Notes under the pieces: model-generated | Databases searched by the model: none | Told to the model about the DNA's origin: nothing | Seen by the model: the letters and a program-made list of their open reading frames with translations, nothing else | IMG/VR virus record: IMGVR_UViG_3300015082_000001 | Span: 1 to 56,904 of that record | DNA length: 56,904 nucleotides | Reading direction: 5' to 3' (one strand) | Source of the DNA: a virus | Taxonomy: Duplodnaviria; Caudoviricetes | Program-made: the position numbers and the translations under genes | Shown here: positions 21,201 to 29,579 of the stretch, piece by piece | Numbering within the stretch: position 1 is the stretch's first letter | Layout: each line of letters opens with the position of its first letter

Positions 21201-21306
21201 CATTCTACCTACTGGAGATATAGTGATTGGCGGAGGTGTGGGATTGGCTGGGGTCGTGACTTACTGTAGTCTCAATCAGATCTGCTTCTCACAGGATGGT
21301 CGCTGA
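18262..21306 (+). CDS. large tail fibre/adhesin with four FN3 domains
   Basis: four P..P..L......V.L.W / Y.Y.V.A.D FN3 repeats; C-terminal RLPPGFCP fibre-tip module. Confidence 0.82.
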   Translation: MGNWVYKGSVADNCGAVTTDTGFTFHAPPGGSLGDVLVVWLITENLSTLDLSAVASTGGINELVPPISGPEMDEPIGWHAIYSDIIHPISGQPLQAILLGKLFYPGDIGKTWHVGFTGTGTWAWASGLWAGTAQLNRFGDPIMQIQGPNKIDRSNPLTLGPTHYGGDESGGGPSHTFGALSRLYSQWPAGDHPGDGDYVILTYTIFDPTNTVDITLPSDWVLIERVLGTGSGGFVHIALGHVWNAAVDEVIVQNVDNWGVWEACTFFPLSFDCSWVGFWWSWPGVDSLGAHASVGTTSDTITIVVPSITTTTPDATIVVLHGRSGSNYPGVTFTNPTGLISLYGATSLTPSPLGFAGTLHTAGATGVTDIENFDDFTNSPEAVTCTGIVLALEGVPPTSTTINFGSADDSASTPPETDALLVVAAGLGGGGQIGGAPTGCTERIRSDSTHLSLSLSEHVLTTDISTPGTIAVSSAVGAPWITVAQMLRSFQWANDIATAGAPVLTGAATATNTVDLSWTAATAAFGAITEYDILRDDGAGGPMVALATVAGAMLVYHDRTSAYSKTYNYEVYGKASGISGAMSNVVTVTTPSSGPVSPPSIPTGLRYTLNNGTEVDLVWNPSVPGSSAITGYTIYQDGVPIGTSVHPSYHDTSVQPATTYTYTVDCYDANGAQSGESLPLSVTTPNIGPDVTLPSIPTALAATPISGTEIDLTWTASTDPDSPALGYTIYRDTNPVGAVTGTSFADHGLTPSTLYTYNVDAYDPAGNHSAQSPNASATTLADTGPSAPGGLTGFANGPYGVCLAWSVATAGSHAVAGYTVLRDAVVIGTTTALKFTDVTCDPARTYVYTVQAFDTIGLVSAASSGLSLTTQSTLWTPPKVWELSDPATSIELNTYGRDNLLHLKGTTWTSFTYLNSFTGYHGDAQYRRLGPWIYLQGMVAGPANNAICTRLPPGFCPLREVVKIVWGRIGAMNVGPMRVNILPTGDIVIGGGVGLAGVVTYCSLNQICFSQDGR

Positions 21307-22406
21307 TGGGGTATACTGGAGTTAAAACCTGGAATACCCTAGAGCTCTTCACTAGTTCAGACCATAACAACTATTCTAATGGGGATCTGAACTATTTCTA
21401 TGGAGATGCACTGTGGTCTCCTATTCCTCAGTATGACAATGGCTGGACAGTATCGGGGTTAGATGTAGCAGAACTTACTTATGCTTGGCCGAGTTATCGT
21501 AAGTCAGGCAACTGGGTTCGCCTTCGAGGCTTGTTAGAGAACGGTATAGGACAGCAGGGATTACCTGCCTTCACTTTGCCTCTCGGTGCAATCCCTCTCG
21601 ATAGCCCTAGCAATATAGGTTACCTCGAGTGGGCATGCTGGTCAGATTGCCCTGGAGGCTTTGCCATAGTACGCATCTATTGTATAGAGATGTTCGGGTT
21701 TCCTCCGGGTACAGTGTGGCCGAACTTCAGAAATGCCGGAGTTTTCGGGTCTCAGTATAACTTTGCTCTTGATGGGGTACTCTTCAACGCAGGAGCGGGC
21801 GCAGTTATTGTAGCTCCGGGCAGTGGAGGGCCTCCTCCAGTTCCCACACCCACCAGTGTACCGGGTAGTCCAACTAACGTAGTTGCAGTTGCTGGAAATG
21901 GGTCCGCAGTCGTTTCCTGGTTTACGCCCCTGAGTAATGGGGGCTCAGCTATAACTGGGTATACTGTTACTGCCACTCCCGGCGGTATAGCGGTTACCAC
22001 CGGACCTGGCGCTAACAATGCCTATATACCCGGGTTAATCAATGGATTGGCTTATACCTTCCAGGTCGTGGCTACTAATGCGGTGGGATCTAGTACACCT
22101 TCTAATGCCTCTTCGCCAGTTACTCCTCTAGTATCTATCACCGTACCGGATGCACCCACTGGCGTAACTGCAGTTGCGGGGGTCAACTCTGCCACCGTTA
22201 GTTGGACAGCTCCTTCTAGCGGTGGTAGTCCTATAACCCAATACACTGTACTATCTTCCCCTGATGGACAGGTAGCTACAACAGTGGGTCTTACTGCTAC
22301 AGTGTTTGGGCTCACCCATAGTACTGCTTATACATTTACTGTAAGAGCTATAAATGCCTTGGGTGCTGGTGCGGCTTCTAGTGCTTCGGGTGCAGTGACC
22401 CCCTAG
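21306..22406 (+). CDS. minor tail protein with two FN3 domains
   Basis: PGSPTNVVAVAGNGSAVVSW and PDAPTGVTAVAGVNSATVSW. Confidence 0.82.
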   Translation: MGYTGVKTWNTLELFTSSDHNNYSNGDLNYFYGDALWSPIPQYDNGWTVSGLDVAELTYAWPSYRKSGNWVRLRGLLENGIGQQGLPAFTLPLGAIPLDSPSNIGYLEWACWSDCPGGFAIVRIYCIEMFGFPPGTVWPNFRNAGVFGSQYNFALDGVLFNAGAGAVIVAPGSGGPPPVPTPTSVPGSPTNVVAVAGNGSAVVSWFTPLSNGGSAITGYTVTATPGGIAVTTGPGANNAYIPGLINGLAYTFQVVATNAVGSSTPSNASSPVTPLVSITVPDAPTGVTAVAGVNSATVSWTAPSSGGSPITQYTVLSSPDGQVATTVGLTATVFGLTHSTAYTFTVRAINALGAGAASSASGAVTP

Positions 22407-22419
22407 AGAAAGAGGTGAG

Positions 22420-23313
22420 ATGTTTATCTTCGATGAGTCTTGGACTAAGACCGACCCTAAACTTCTAGTAGCCGCTGGGTATACTGGAGGTTTCGTCTAC
22501 TGCTCCTATGATCGCACAGGCAAGAATGGTACACCTGAGTATATCAAGGTTTGCCATGATGCCGGACTGCATATGGGGTTGGTGTGGGAATCATTCGGCC
22601 AAGCTGCTCAGGGTGGTGCTGGAGTAGGGGGTACTGAGGCTCGGGACTTCATAGCTCAAGCTAGGGCACTAGGGGCTATAGGGGGAACACTCTGGATGGC
22701 GGTCGAGGATCCTACTAAGGAACCCCCCGCTAACTGGCCGGGACCTGAAGCTTATTCTGCTGCAGCATACCCCATGATACATGCTGCAGGGTTTATGCTG
22801 GGGGAATATGGTTCTGAAGCTCTCATCAATGATCTCCACACCAAGGGACTAACAGATCGTAAGTGGTTCGTCGGAGGGTGGTCTCAAGATACTAATGCAG
22901 ACCTGATCCAGCAATCTAATAACCCTGGTGCTTCCAACTTTGCTGGAGCAGTGGATTGTAACTATGCTCCTGCTGATAACTGGGGTTGGACTGAGTTTGG
23001 GATATCCACACCTTCTGTTCCTAATCCTCCTGCGCCCCCTGTTCCAGCATCATCGGGACTTACAGTAGATGGAGTTTTTGGTCCCCAGACTATCGCAGTC
23101 ATGCAACGAGTACTTGGAGTAACACCTGATGGGGTCTATGGAGTAAACACACGTAAGGCTCTACAGGCTCATCTCCATGTAGCAGTAGATGGTATTGTTG
23201 GTCCTTTCACCATCCGGGCATTGCAGAGTAAAGTTGGCAGTCAAGTCGATGGGGTGTGGGGACACAATACTACTTATCGTCTCCAGGAGGCATTTAACGC
23301 TGGGAGGTTCTGA
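22420..23313 (+). CDS. endolysin (DUF1906/GH25-like glycoside hydrolase + peptidoglycan-binding repeats)
   Basis: AAGYTG..GLHMGLVWES..ARALG TIM-barrel pattern; repeated VDGVFGPQT PG-binding motifs. Confidence 0.88.
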   Translation: MFIFDESWTKTDPKLLVAAGYTGGFVYCSYDRTGKNGTPEYIKVCHDAGLHMGLVWESFGQAAQGGAGVGGTEARDFIAQARALGAIGGTLWMAVEDPTKEPPANWPGPEAYSAAAYPMIHAAGFMLGEYGSEALINDLHTKGLTDRKWFVGGWSQDTNADLIQQSNNPGASNFAGAVDCNYAPADNWGWTEFGISTPSVPNPPAPPVPASSGLTVDGVFGPQTIAVMQRVLGVTPDGVYGVNTRKALQAHLHVAVDGIVGPFTIRALQSKVGSQVDGVWGHNTTYRLQEAFNAGRF

Positions 23314-23708
23314 TGTCAGAGGCAAGACCCATCGCTATCTACAATGATGAACCTATCCTAGTGCAACTCGCACGACTTGAGGGAAAACTAGATAGGGTGA
23401 ATGATCGGGTCCTGGATATCCGAAGTGGTGTGACTGGGCAACAGATTGACATTGATGTACTCAAGTCCCTAACCCAGACGTTGCAGGAAGGTGCTGCTGC
23501 GGCAAAAGAAACTGCCCTAGCTCTTGCTCTTGCGCTTAAGGATGCGAAGGAGACTCAGGAGGCAACCCTTAGGGCTGAAACATCAAAGCAAAACCAAGCA
23601 ACACTACAGTCGGAGCAATCTTGGGTGCCTTATGCCCGAATAATCACCATTGTCATTGCCGTTGTAGCCATAGCGACCTTGGCTATCCAAGCAAAGATTT
23701 TCGGTTGA
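23313..23708 (+). CDS. lysis-cassette membrane protein (coiled coil + C-terminal TM)
   Basis: LARLEGKLD coiled coil; IITIVIAVVAIATLAI TM. Confidence 0.7.
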   Translation: MSEARPIAIYNDEPILVQLARLEGKLDRVNDRVLDIRSGVTGQQIDIDVLKSLTQTLQEGAAAAKETALALALALKDAKETQEATLRAETSKQNQATLQSEQSWVPYARIITIVIAVVAIATLAIQAKIFG

Positions 23709-23714
23709 AGACGT

Positions 23715-23963
23715 ATGGTGTGGGATGGAGTAGAGCGCAGAGCTTATGACGGGGAGTGGACTGAGCGAAGAGGTCCTACGAGTATTCGGAGAGGGCGTAC
23801 CGCATCTAAGGCAGCGGCTCGAGCAAGACAACGTCTCATTGAAGCGCACCGAGAGGAGTATGAGAAATACTTCGCTGAGGAAAGAGAGATTCTACAACTG
23901 GAACCCATCAAAAAATCCATGAGAAGAACGAAGTCAGATGGGGATAAAACTCGGAATAACTAG
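23715..23963 (+). CDS. basic hypothetical protein
   Basis: Arg-rich 82-aa ORF. Confidence 0.55.
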   Translation: MVWDGVERRAYDGEWTERRGPTSIRRGRTASKAAARARQRLIEAHREEYEKYFAEEREILQLEPIKKSMRRTKSDGDKTRNN

Positions 23964-23979
23964 AGAGGAAGTATTAGCC

Positions 23980-24366
23980 ATGACTCCCCCGAATCAAACT
24001 GTGTCTAACACGGGACCTGCTGCAACTCTCAACTTCACTGACCCCTCCACCTGGGTCATGATTCTCTCTATTATCGCAGGCATAGTTGCTGCAGTATGGC
24101 CGGGCAAGGATTTGAACCCTCAGGTTCAGGCCTTTGCTCCTGTTGCGGCTTCTATCGTTACTGCTGGAGTGCTCATCAGCAAACACCACTTGGCCGCAGC
24201 ACTCGTCTCTACTGCAGTACTGGTTCCTCAGATTGTGTCTGATGAGCATGCTGTAGCCGCAATCATCTCTCAGCCTGCCCCTAAACCCACACCGGCAGTC
24301 ATTATCCAGATGACTGCTCCTCCTGCACCTCCTTCGATTCCTCCGCTGCCCACACCCTCAGTTTAA
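23980..24366 (+). CDS. putative holin
   Basis: 2-3 hydrophobic helices, downstream of endolysin, RBS GAGGAAG. Confidence 0.6.
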   Translation: MTPPNQTVSNTGPAATLNFTDPSTWVMILSIIAGIVAAVWPGKDLNPQVQAFAPVAASIVTAGVLISKHHLAAALVSTAVLVPQIVSDEHAVAAIISQPAPKPTPAVIIQMTAPPAPPSIPPLPTPSV

Positions 24367-24380
24367 CGTTACCACCTCTT

Positions 24381-24424
24381 CCGTCGAGCTCATTGCGATC
24401 ACTATGATCGCGATGGTTCGACGG
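24381..24424. terminator. long hairpin ending the lysis operon
   Basis: CCGTCGA..CATTGCGATCA-cta-TGATCGCGATG..TCGACGG. Confidence 0.6.
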
Positions 24425-24468
24425 CAGAGTTGTGTAGGGAAGCATAGGGAGTCATAGGTATGCTCGAG

Positions 24469-24516
24469 TGATGTGATCGCGCATTATCGAATCTTCGAGA
24501 CCTTAGGGAGTCGTCT
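24469..24516 (+). repeat. 48-bp perfect inverted repeat, copy 1 (partner 40916-40963)
   Basis: TGATGTGATCGCGCATTATCGAATCTTCGAGACCTTAGGGAGTCGTCT is the exact reverse complement of 40916-40963. Confidence 0.97.
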
Positions 24517-24541
24517 GGCGTATATCCGACTACACAGAGCA

Positions 24542-24569
24542 GAACCCCCCGCAGACGTTTGGGGGGCTC
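24542..24569 (-). terminator. terminator of the 24617-25135 gene
   Basis: minus strand GAGCCCCCC-loop-GGGGGGTTC stem. Confidence 0.55.
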
Positions 24570-24616
24570 AATGCTCAGCCGAGGGAAGGCACGCGTGCGA
24601 GCAGTGCTACCTCGGA

Positions 24617-25135
24617 CTACTCGTCGTCTTCGACCTCGAAGTCCTCGTCCTCATCAACCTCTTCAACGACTGGGGCGGGCTTCTTCTTGGCCTTGGCCTT
24701 CGGAGCAGTCTTGGCAGCCGCAGCATCCTTGGCAGCCTTCTGCTCCTTGAGTCGAGCAAGCGCTTCCCGCTTCCCGGCCTCGAGCTCGCCCTCCTTGACT
24801 GCCTTGATGACCCGCTTGACCTCGGGGTCAGCAGTGCCATTGGGCCAGTCGTAGCGAGAGCGGTTGCCGGGGAGGATCTCTCGGTCGAGGCGACCATCCT
24901 TGGCCATCTTCCTCAGGAGAACTCGCAGGTCACGAGGGGAGATCTTCTTCCCAGTGACCTTGGCAAGGTGTCGAGCCAGATCGCTAGCGCCGAAGGTAAC
25001 CTCTTCAGTCTTCTTGGCCTTGGCGGGTGCCTCTTCCTCGTCATCATCCTCGAGCTCGTCGACTACCTCGTCCTCATCCTCTTCAAGCTCAGACTCGGGC
25101 TCCGGAGCAGGCTTGACTTTGGTCTTCGTTGCCAT
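24617..25135 (-). CDS. HTH (MerR/Xis-like) DNA-binding protein with acidic and Lys/Ala-rich tails, paralog 1
   Basis: FGASDLARHL..SPRDLRVLLRK..PGNRSRYDW; own promoter and terminator; strong GC3 bias. Confidence 0.7.
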   Translation of the reverse strand: MATKTKVKPAPEPESELEEDEDEVVDELEDDDEEEAPAKAKKTEEVTFGASDLARHLAKVTGKKISPRDLRVLLRKMAKDGRLDREILPGNRSRYDWPNGTADPEVKRVIKAVKEGELEAGKREALARLKEQKAAKDAAAAKTAPKAKAKKKPAPVVEEVDEDEDFEVEDDE

Positions 25136-25173
25136 GGGCAGCTTACCTTTCGTTGGGTTGCATCATCGTGAGT

Positions 25174-25202
25174 ACCTTATCACGAATCGGTCGTGATGTC
25201 AA
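25174..25202 (-). promoter_or_regulatory. sigma70-type promoter with palindromic spacer
   Basis: TTGACA-17-TAAGGT, TGA before -10; ATCACGA-N5-TCGTGAT at 25179-25197. Confidence 0.75.
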
Positions 25203-25260
25203 TAGCCCCCGTAAAAATAGTTTATTTTTGTTCCAAGCTTCCATAGCATCAACATAAAGA

Positions 25261-25289
25261 TTGACTCTCAGCGATGAGGATGATATAAT
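25261..25289 (+). promoter_or_regulatory. sigma70-type extended -10 promoter of the replication block
   Basis: TTGACT-17-TATAAT; TGATATAATG duplicated in tandem; followed by AACTATGCGATGCGATCG. Confidence 0.85.
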
Positions 25290-25338
25290 GTGATATAATG
25301 AACTATGCGATGCGATCGACGAGAGGGGGTGATTCTTC

Positions 25339-25773
25339 ATGGCTCCCAAGGAGGTACCAAAGGTTGCCCGATATGCCGGAACGAAGTCGGTCTGTCTTGT
25401 CACTGGAGACAGATGGTGGACTGATAGGGATCTCATTCTGCGGGCTTTACGAACGCTACCTGACCACACTGTTATCATACATGGCAATGCTGCCGGTGCA
25501 GATAACTTTGCTGACCTCGCTGCGGCTGAGCTCGGGTTACCGAGAGCCCAAGTTCCTTACTTTGGTTGTTTCCACCGAGCAGGCGGACCCATTCGGAATA
25601 CCTTTATGCTTCATGTGGTATGCGGTCTTCGAGACCAAGGATGGACAGTCCACGTTTTCGCCTTCCACGATGACCTCGATCATTCTCGAGGGACTCGGGA
25701 CATGGTGATGAAAGCAAAAGATGCTGGCCTGCGCGTACAACTCGTGCGTCATAAAAAGAAAGGGGCGGTATGA
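25339..25773 (+). CDS. SLOG-family protein (YspA/DUF2493-like)
   Basis: LVTGDR, IIHGNAAGAD, AGGPIRN, SRGTRDM motifs. Confidence 0.85.
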   Translation: MAPKEVPKVARYAGTKSVCLVTGDRWWTDRDLILRALRTLPDHTVIIHGNAAGADNFADLAAAELGLPRAQVPYFGCFHRAGGPIRNTFMLHVVCGLRDQGWTVHVFAFHDDLDHSRGTRDMVMKAKDAGLRVQLVRHKKKGAV

Positions 25774-25895
25774 ACATGGAATGCCCTAAGGGGCATACTT
25801 GGGTAGAAACTTTCCCGAAGGAGAGTATCCATTTTGGCATCTGTCCACGATGTGGTCTGAAAGGTACAGAGTTTGCATTCGAGGAGGAGAAGTGA
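25770..25895 (+). CDS. 41-aa Zn-ribbon microprotein (not in ORF track)
   Basis: MNMECPKGHTW..CPRCG; ATGA and GTGA coupling on both sides. Confidence 0.6.
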   Translation: MNMECPKGHTWVETFPKESIHFGICPRCGLKGTEFAFEEEK

Positions 25896-26155
25896 AGATT
25901 CAGTATGAGTTTGAGGATGAAGAAGGCAATGAACTAGATGATCTGGGAGAGTTAACCTGGAGGATTTTAGATACCTTTGTTGAACGGGGGCTCGTTGACG
26001 ATGAAGCCGATCTCGTTTTTACTTACCGCGTCAAACCTTTAGATTTTCTAGCCATTACAGATCCTGGCCCTGATTCTCTTGATGTGACTCTGGATCAGGT
26101 TGGGGATGTTTGGGGTGATATTGATGCCGACTGGAGAGAACAGGAGCAGGAATAA
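25892..26155 (+). CDS. acidic hypothetical protein
   Basis: GTG start after GAGGAGG. Confidence 0.6.
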   Translation: MKIQYEFEDEEGNELDDLGELTWRILDTFVERGLVDDEADLVFTYRVKPLDFLAITDPGPDSLDVTLDQVGDVWGDIDADWREQEQE

Positions 26156-26534
26156 ACATGAGATAATCAGACAAAGGAAGATTGCGGAGAAACAACAGAA
26201 GGCTATCGACCAATGGTCTCCGCATGATGTAGATAGGTCGTGGATGAAATGGACTCGATGCAAACTTTGCACTGTGAGATTTTGTTGTAACAACTATGGA
26301 GATCACAAGGTAAGAGTGCATCGGATCAAGGGGGTTGTAGTTTGCCCTAGGTGTTGGTACATGAAGGGCAGTGAGCAGTTAGTTGAGATATATCTGCTCG
26401 GCAAAAAGCTTGCTGAGCATGGTTCACCTAGTGCAAGGAGAGTGTTGAGTGACTTCGAAGTACGTTTTAGAGGCAATGAAGAACGACCGAGCAGCAGTAC
26501 TGAAGAAAGGGCCGATCAAACCACGAACGTTTGA
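26124..26534 (+). CDS. Cys-rich hypothetical protein
   Basis: CKLC..CC..CPRC. Confidence 0.5.
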   Translation: MPTGENRSRNKHEIIRQRKIAEKQQKAIDQWSPHDVDRSWMKWTRCKLCTVRFCCNNYGDHKVRVHRIKGVVVCPRCWYMKGSEQLVEIYLLGKKLAEHGSPSARRVLSDFEVRFRGNEERPSSSTEERADQTTNV

Positions 26535-26721
26535 GGAGATTCTGCCGAATCAACGAACGACTAGGCAAAAAGAGATTCTTAGGCAAGCCTATGTATGGGT
26601 TGAAGAAGTACATGCTCGGGATATCGCCGCGTGTGATCTAAGGATCGCACTCTATGAGGAAGAAGGGATCATCGACCATGACCGTCTACTTGGTGGGGGA
26701 AGCCCCCCCGCCGGGAGCTGA
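26449..26721 (+). CDS. hypothetical protein
   Basis: ORF with AGGAG RBS. Confidence 0.5.
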   Translation: MTSKYVLEAMKNDRAAVLKKGPIKPRTFEEILPNQRTTRQKEILRQAYVWVEEVHARDIAACDLRIALYEEEGIIDHDRLLGGGSPPAGS

Positions 26722-27151
26722 TCTACCACACAAACCCTTTAGGGGGAAATCAGGTCAAGTTCTAAGTGAACTTTGTGGATTCAAAGTTTCAGAAGTGTTT
26801 GAGACTTGCAATCTCCTACCCTACATACCTGAGGTTAATCCTGTAGGTGGAATGAGGTTTCCTCTCAAAGAGGGGAAGAAATATGCTCGAGAGTTTCTTA
26901 AGAAGCTCGATCCTAAGGATAACTTCATCATAGTTGGAGTTAGGTGCACTCGGGCTTTTAGGATGAGACATGGGGTGGAACCCTGTTCATGGACTACTAT
27001 CTCCTTAGGTACAACTTTGACGATAGGCCTGGATATAGAGTCTATTGTATTCGGTTGGATTCCACACCCATCTGGAGGATACAATAGGTGGTATAAAAAC
27101 TCTCAGAATGCTAGATCAGTACGTAGATTTTTGCGAGGGGATCGTGAGTAA
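26678..27151 (+). CDS. uracil-DNA-glycosylase superfamily protein (family 4/5-like, stand-alone)
   Basis: VGEAP, PFRGKSG, CNLL, PHPSG..NRWY motifs. Confidence 0.8.
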   Translation: MTVYLVGEAPPPGADLPHKPFRGKSGQVLSELCGFKVSEVFETCNLLPYIPEVNPVGGMRFPLKEGKKYAREFLKKLDPKDNFIIVGVRCTRAFRMRHGVEPCSWTTISLGTTLTIGLDIESIVFGWIPHPSGGYNRWYKNSQNARSVRRFLRGDRE

Positions 27152-28655
27152 TACTTACAGATATAAACGGAGACCCTACCACCATCAGGTAGCTGCGCTG
27201 AAGAAGTTACTTAGTACTGACTTCGGTGGTGCGTTGTTGATGGAGCCGCGAACCGGGAAAACCAAGGTTATTATCGACTACGCGTCTGTGTTACATCAGC
27301 TAGGTCGCGTCGATAGAGTACTGATAGTTTGCCCTATCTCAGTCATGGGGGTGTGGGAAGACGAGATAAATCTGAACTGCCCCTGGCGCAGGCGTGTGGT
27401 GGTGTGGGATAAGAGAGGACGTAAGCGGGTAGAGTTGCCAAAGTACGGTCATGACATTCTCGACTTTGTTATTATAAACTACGATAGTTTCTCCACACCA
27501 GGGCGTATCCGGGGACGAGATGAGGAGGGCAATATCCTCAGATCTAAGACTCGAGGTGGACGCTTTGAGATGAAGCGAGTCTTCAAGGCATGGGCTCCGC
27601 AACTAATAGTATTGGATGAGAGCCACCGGATAAAATCCCCGAGCGCACGCAAGACGACAACTCTATGGAGTCTCAGTAGTGTCGCTCAGTATCGCGTTCT
27701 TGCCACAGGGACTGCAGTGACAAAGAAGAAACGAGTCTTTGACATCTATTCTCAGTGGAAGTTTATGAATCCTGAGGGCTGGATCAAGGATTATACCTCA
27801 GCTACATTCAAGGCTGAGTTTGGGATTTTTAGATCTATGGGGAACTACGAGAGGTTCATCAGGAATCAGAATCTGCCCAAGTTACGACGACTAATCCATG
27901 CAGATTCCTTTGCAGTTAGGCGAGATGAATGTTTCGATCTTCCCCCTTCTCGCACTCAAGTTTTTCACATTACTCTGGATGAGGAAGAAAGTAGAATCTA
28001 CGATGAGATGGCAGAGGCTCTTATTGCTAGGATCAAAACTGGGGAGGTCACTGAGGCGCAGATCAAACTGGTTCAGATACTACGCTTGGCCCAGATTACA
28101 AGTGGCATTGTTAAGACTACTCCTGACGATGGTTCTGCGGGTCGCCTCGTTAGAATCGGAAGATCGAAACTCGTGGCGCTTCAGGATAGGCTCGAGGATT
28201 TGTTTGAAGCTGATGAAAAAGTTGTGGTCTGTGCAAGGTTCCTTGCGGACATTGGGGGCGCACTCGACATCGGTAAGAGACTTAGGGTACCTGTATTCCC
28301 CCTCTACGGGGCTATCAAACGACGAGATAGAGACCTTAATATCCGCAACTTTCGGGATCATCAAGGAGCCGCCCTCTTTGTAATGCAGCCTCAGGCTGGA
28401 GCTCTGGGCATTGACCTTAGCACATCTGCTACCATGATATGGTTTAGCTTGACCAACAGCATGGTTGATTGGACGCAGTGTAATGATCGGATTGCGTTGT
28501 CACCTCGAGGGACGGTTATTGAGTACATGTTGGCGCGGGGGACTATAGATGATCTGATGTTTGAAGGACTTCAGGAAGATAAGAATGTAGCTCGTCAGAT
28601 CACTGAATCGCCAGATGTGCTTCGACGTAACTGGAGAGCGAAGAGGTTGGAATAA
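27144..28655 (+). CDS. SNF2/DEAD-like helicase
   Basis: MEPRTGKT, LDESHRIK, ATGT, GIDLS motifs. Confidence 0.92.
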   Translation: MSNTYRYKRRPYHHQVAALKKLLSTDFGGALLMEPRTGKTKVIIDYASVLHQLGRVDRVLIVCPISVMGVWEDEINLNCPWRRRVVVWDKRGRKRVELPKYGHDILDFVIINYDSFSTPGRIRGRDEEGNILRSKTRGGRFEMKRVFKAWAPQLIVLDESHRIKSPSARKTTTLWSLSSVAQYRVLATGTAVTKKKRVFDIYSQWKFMNPEGWIKDYTSATFKAEFGIFRSMGNYERFIRNQNLPKLRRLIHADSFAVRRDECFDLPPSRTQVFHITLDEEESRIYDEMAEALIARIKTGEVTEAQIKLVQILRLAQITSGIVKTTPDDGSAGRLVRIGRSKLVALQDRLEDLFEADEKVVVCARFLADIGGALDIGKRLRVPVFPLYGAIKRRDRDLNIRNFRDHQGAALFVMQPQAGALGIDLSTSATMIWFSLTNSMVDWTQCNDRIALSPRGTVIEYMLARGTIDDLMFEGLQEDKNVARQITESPDVLRRNWRAKRLE

Positions 28656-28670
28656 ATATCATAAATAGTA

Positions 28671-28699
28671 TTGACACGGAATCAGCAAGATGATAGTAT
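28671..28699 (+). promoter_or_regulatory. promoter of the nucleotide-metabolism operon
   Basis: TTGACA-17-TAGTAT, TGA before -10. Confidence 0.75.
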
Positions 28700-28734
28700 G
28701 CCTCTATCAACTTGACTGAGGGAGGTAGAGGTAT

Positions 28735-29121
28735 ATGATAAGCAAACAGCCCCCATCTGAGTATTGGAGTATCCTGGTAACATCCCCAGATGTTATGGGA
28801 GATTCTTCTCCAACATCAGTTCTGAGTGCTCGAGGTTTTATGCAAGGTATGATGAATCGGATGGGTGTGTCCTATCACAAGTATGGGACTATTCAGAACA
28901 ACTTCCCACACCGACGGGTGGGTGTGGATAATGCACTTCAGCGCATCGATATGTACCAAGAGGATGGTAACCTAGAGTGGCTGATTGACGCAGCCAACTA
29001 CCTTCTCATAGAGAGTCTTCGCCCCTCGCATCCTAAGGCTCACTTCGAAGCTACAACCTCCGAGCAATCTCCAGGTGCCATAAACCGTGATGGCTCAGTA
29101 AGCTATGGGAAGGACGTATGA
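28735..29121 (+). CDS. possible all-alpha NTP pyrophosphohydrolase-like protein
   Basis: NRM..SYHKYG...RI..Y..GN.E.LIDAANYL helical pattern; next to a dUTPase. Confidence 0.45.
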   Translation: MISKQPPSEYWSILVTSPDVMGDSSPTSVLSARGFMQGMMNRMGVSYHKYGTIQNNFPHRRVGVDNALQRIDMYQEDGNLEWLIDAANYLLIESLRPSHPKAHFEATTSEQSPGAINRDGSVSYGKDV

Positions 29122-29570
29122 ATACCAAAGATATAATCTTGGACTTTCAGAAGATTCCTTGGAAGAGTGCAAACATGGCTGAATGGGGGGATGACCTGCT
29201 GTGCACTATCTGGGAATCGCAGAAGCATCTCATCAGAAAGTATCACGACATCGAACGGAGGAATGGCTGCGTTGTTATCCCCGAGGTCAACTGGGGTGAT
29301 CTGGATGATCGCTATGTTCAGATGCGACTGAAGGATCTGATGCAGCGCTGCGTCGAGGAACTAGGCGAGGCGATGAACTGTCTCAAAAACAAGCCTTGGA
29401 AGAACTCGTATGTTGAGACTGATAAGCCTCACTTCGAAGAAGAACTGGCAGATGCCCTTCATTTCTTTGTAGAGTTGTGTTTGACTGCAGGAGTTTCGGC
29501 CGAAGATCTGTTCACGTTGTACATGAAGAAGCACGCGGTAAATGAGTTTAGGCAGGATTCAAACTACTAG
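29118..29570 (+). CDS. dimeric (all-alpha) dUTPase/dCTPase
   Basis: EELGEA, KPWK, EEELADALHF, K..VN..RQ..NY motifs. Confidence 0.88.
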   Translation: MNTKDIILDFQKIPWKSANMAEWGDDLLCTIWESQKHLIRKYHDIERRNGCVVIPEVNWGDLDDRYVQMRLKDLMQRCVEELGEAMNCLKNKPWKNSYVETDKPHFEEELADALHFFVELCLTAGVSAEDLFTLYMKKHAVNEFRQDSNY

Positions 29571-29579
29571 AGGAGACTG

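Noticed and set aside
17852-22406. Diversity-generating retroelement or invertible tail-fibre cassette
   Set aside because: No reverse transcriptase or invertase is present, and the repeated modules are similar at protein level only.
24617-25135. Lysogeny module (repressor/excisionase)
   Set aside because: No integrase, ParA or cI-like peptidase-HTH was found in the window.
28735-29570. 2-aminoadenine (Z) or 7-deazaguanine modification system
   Set aside because: No PurZ, DpdA, FolE or QueC/D/E-like genes are recognisable, and the neighbours point to pyrimidine metabolism.
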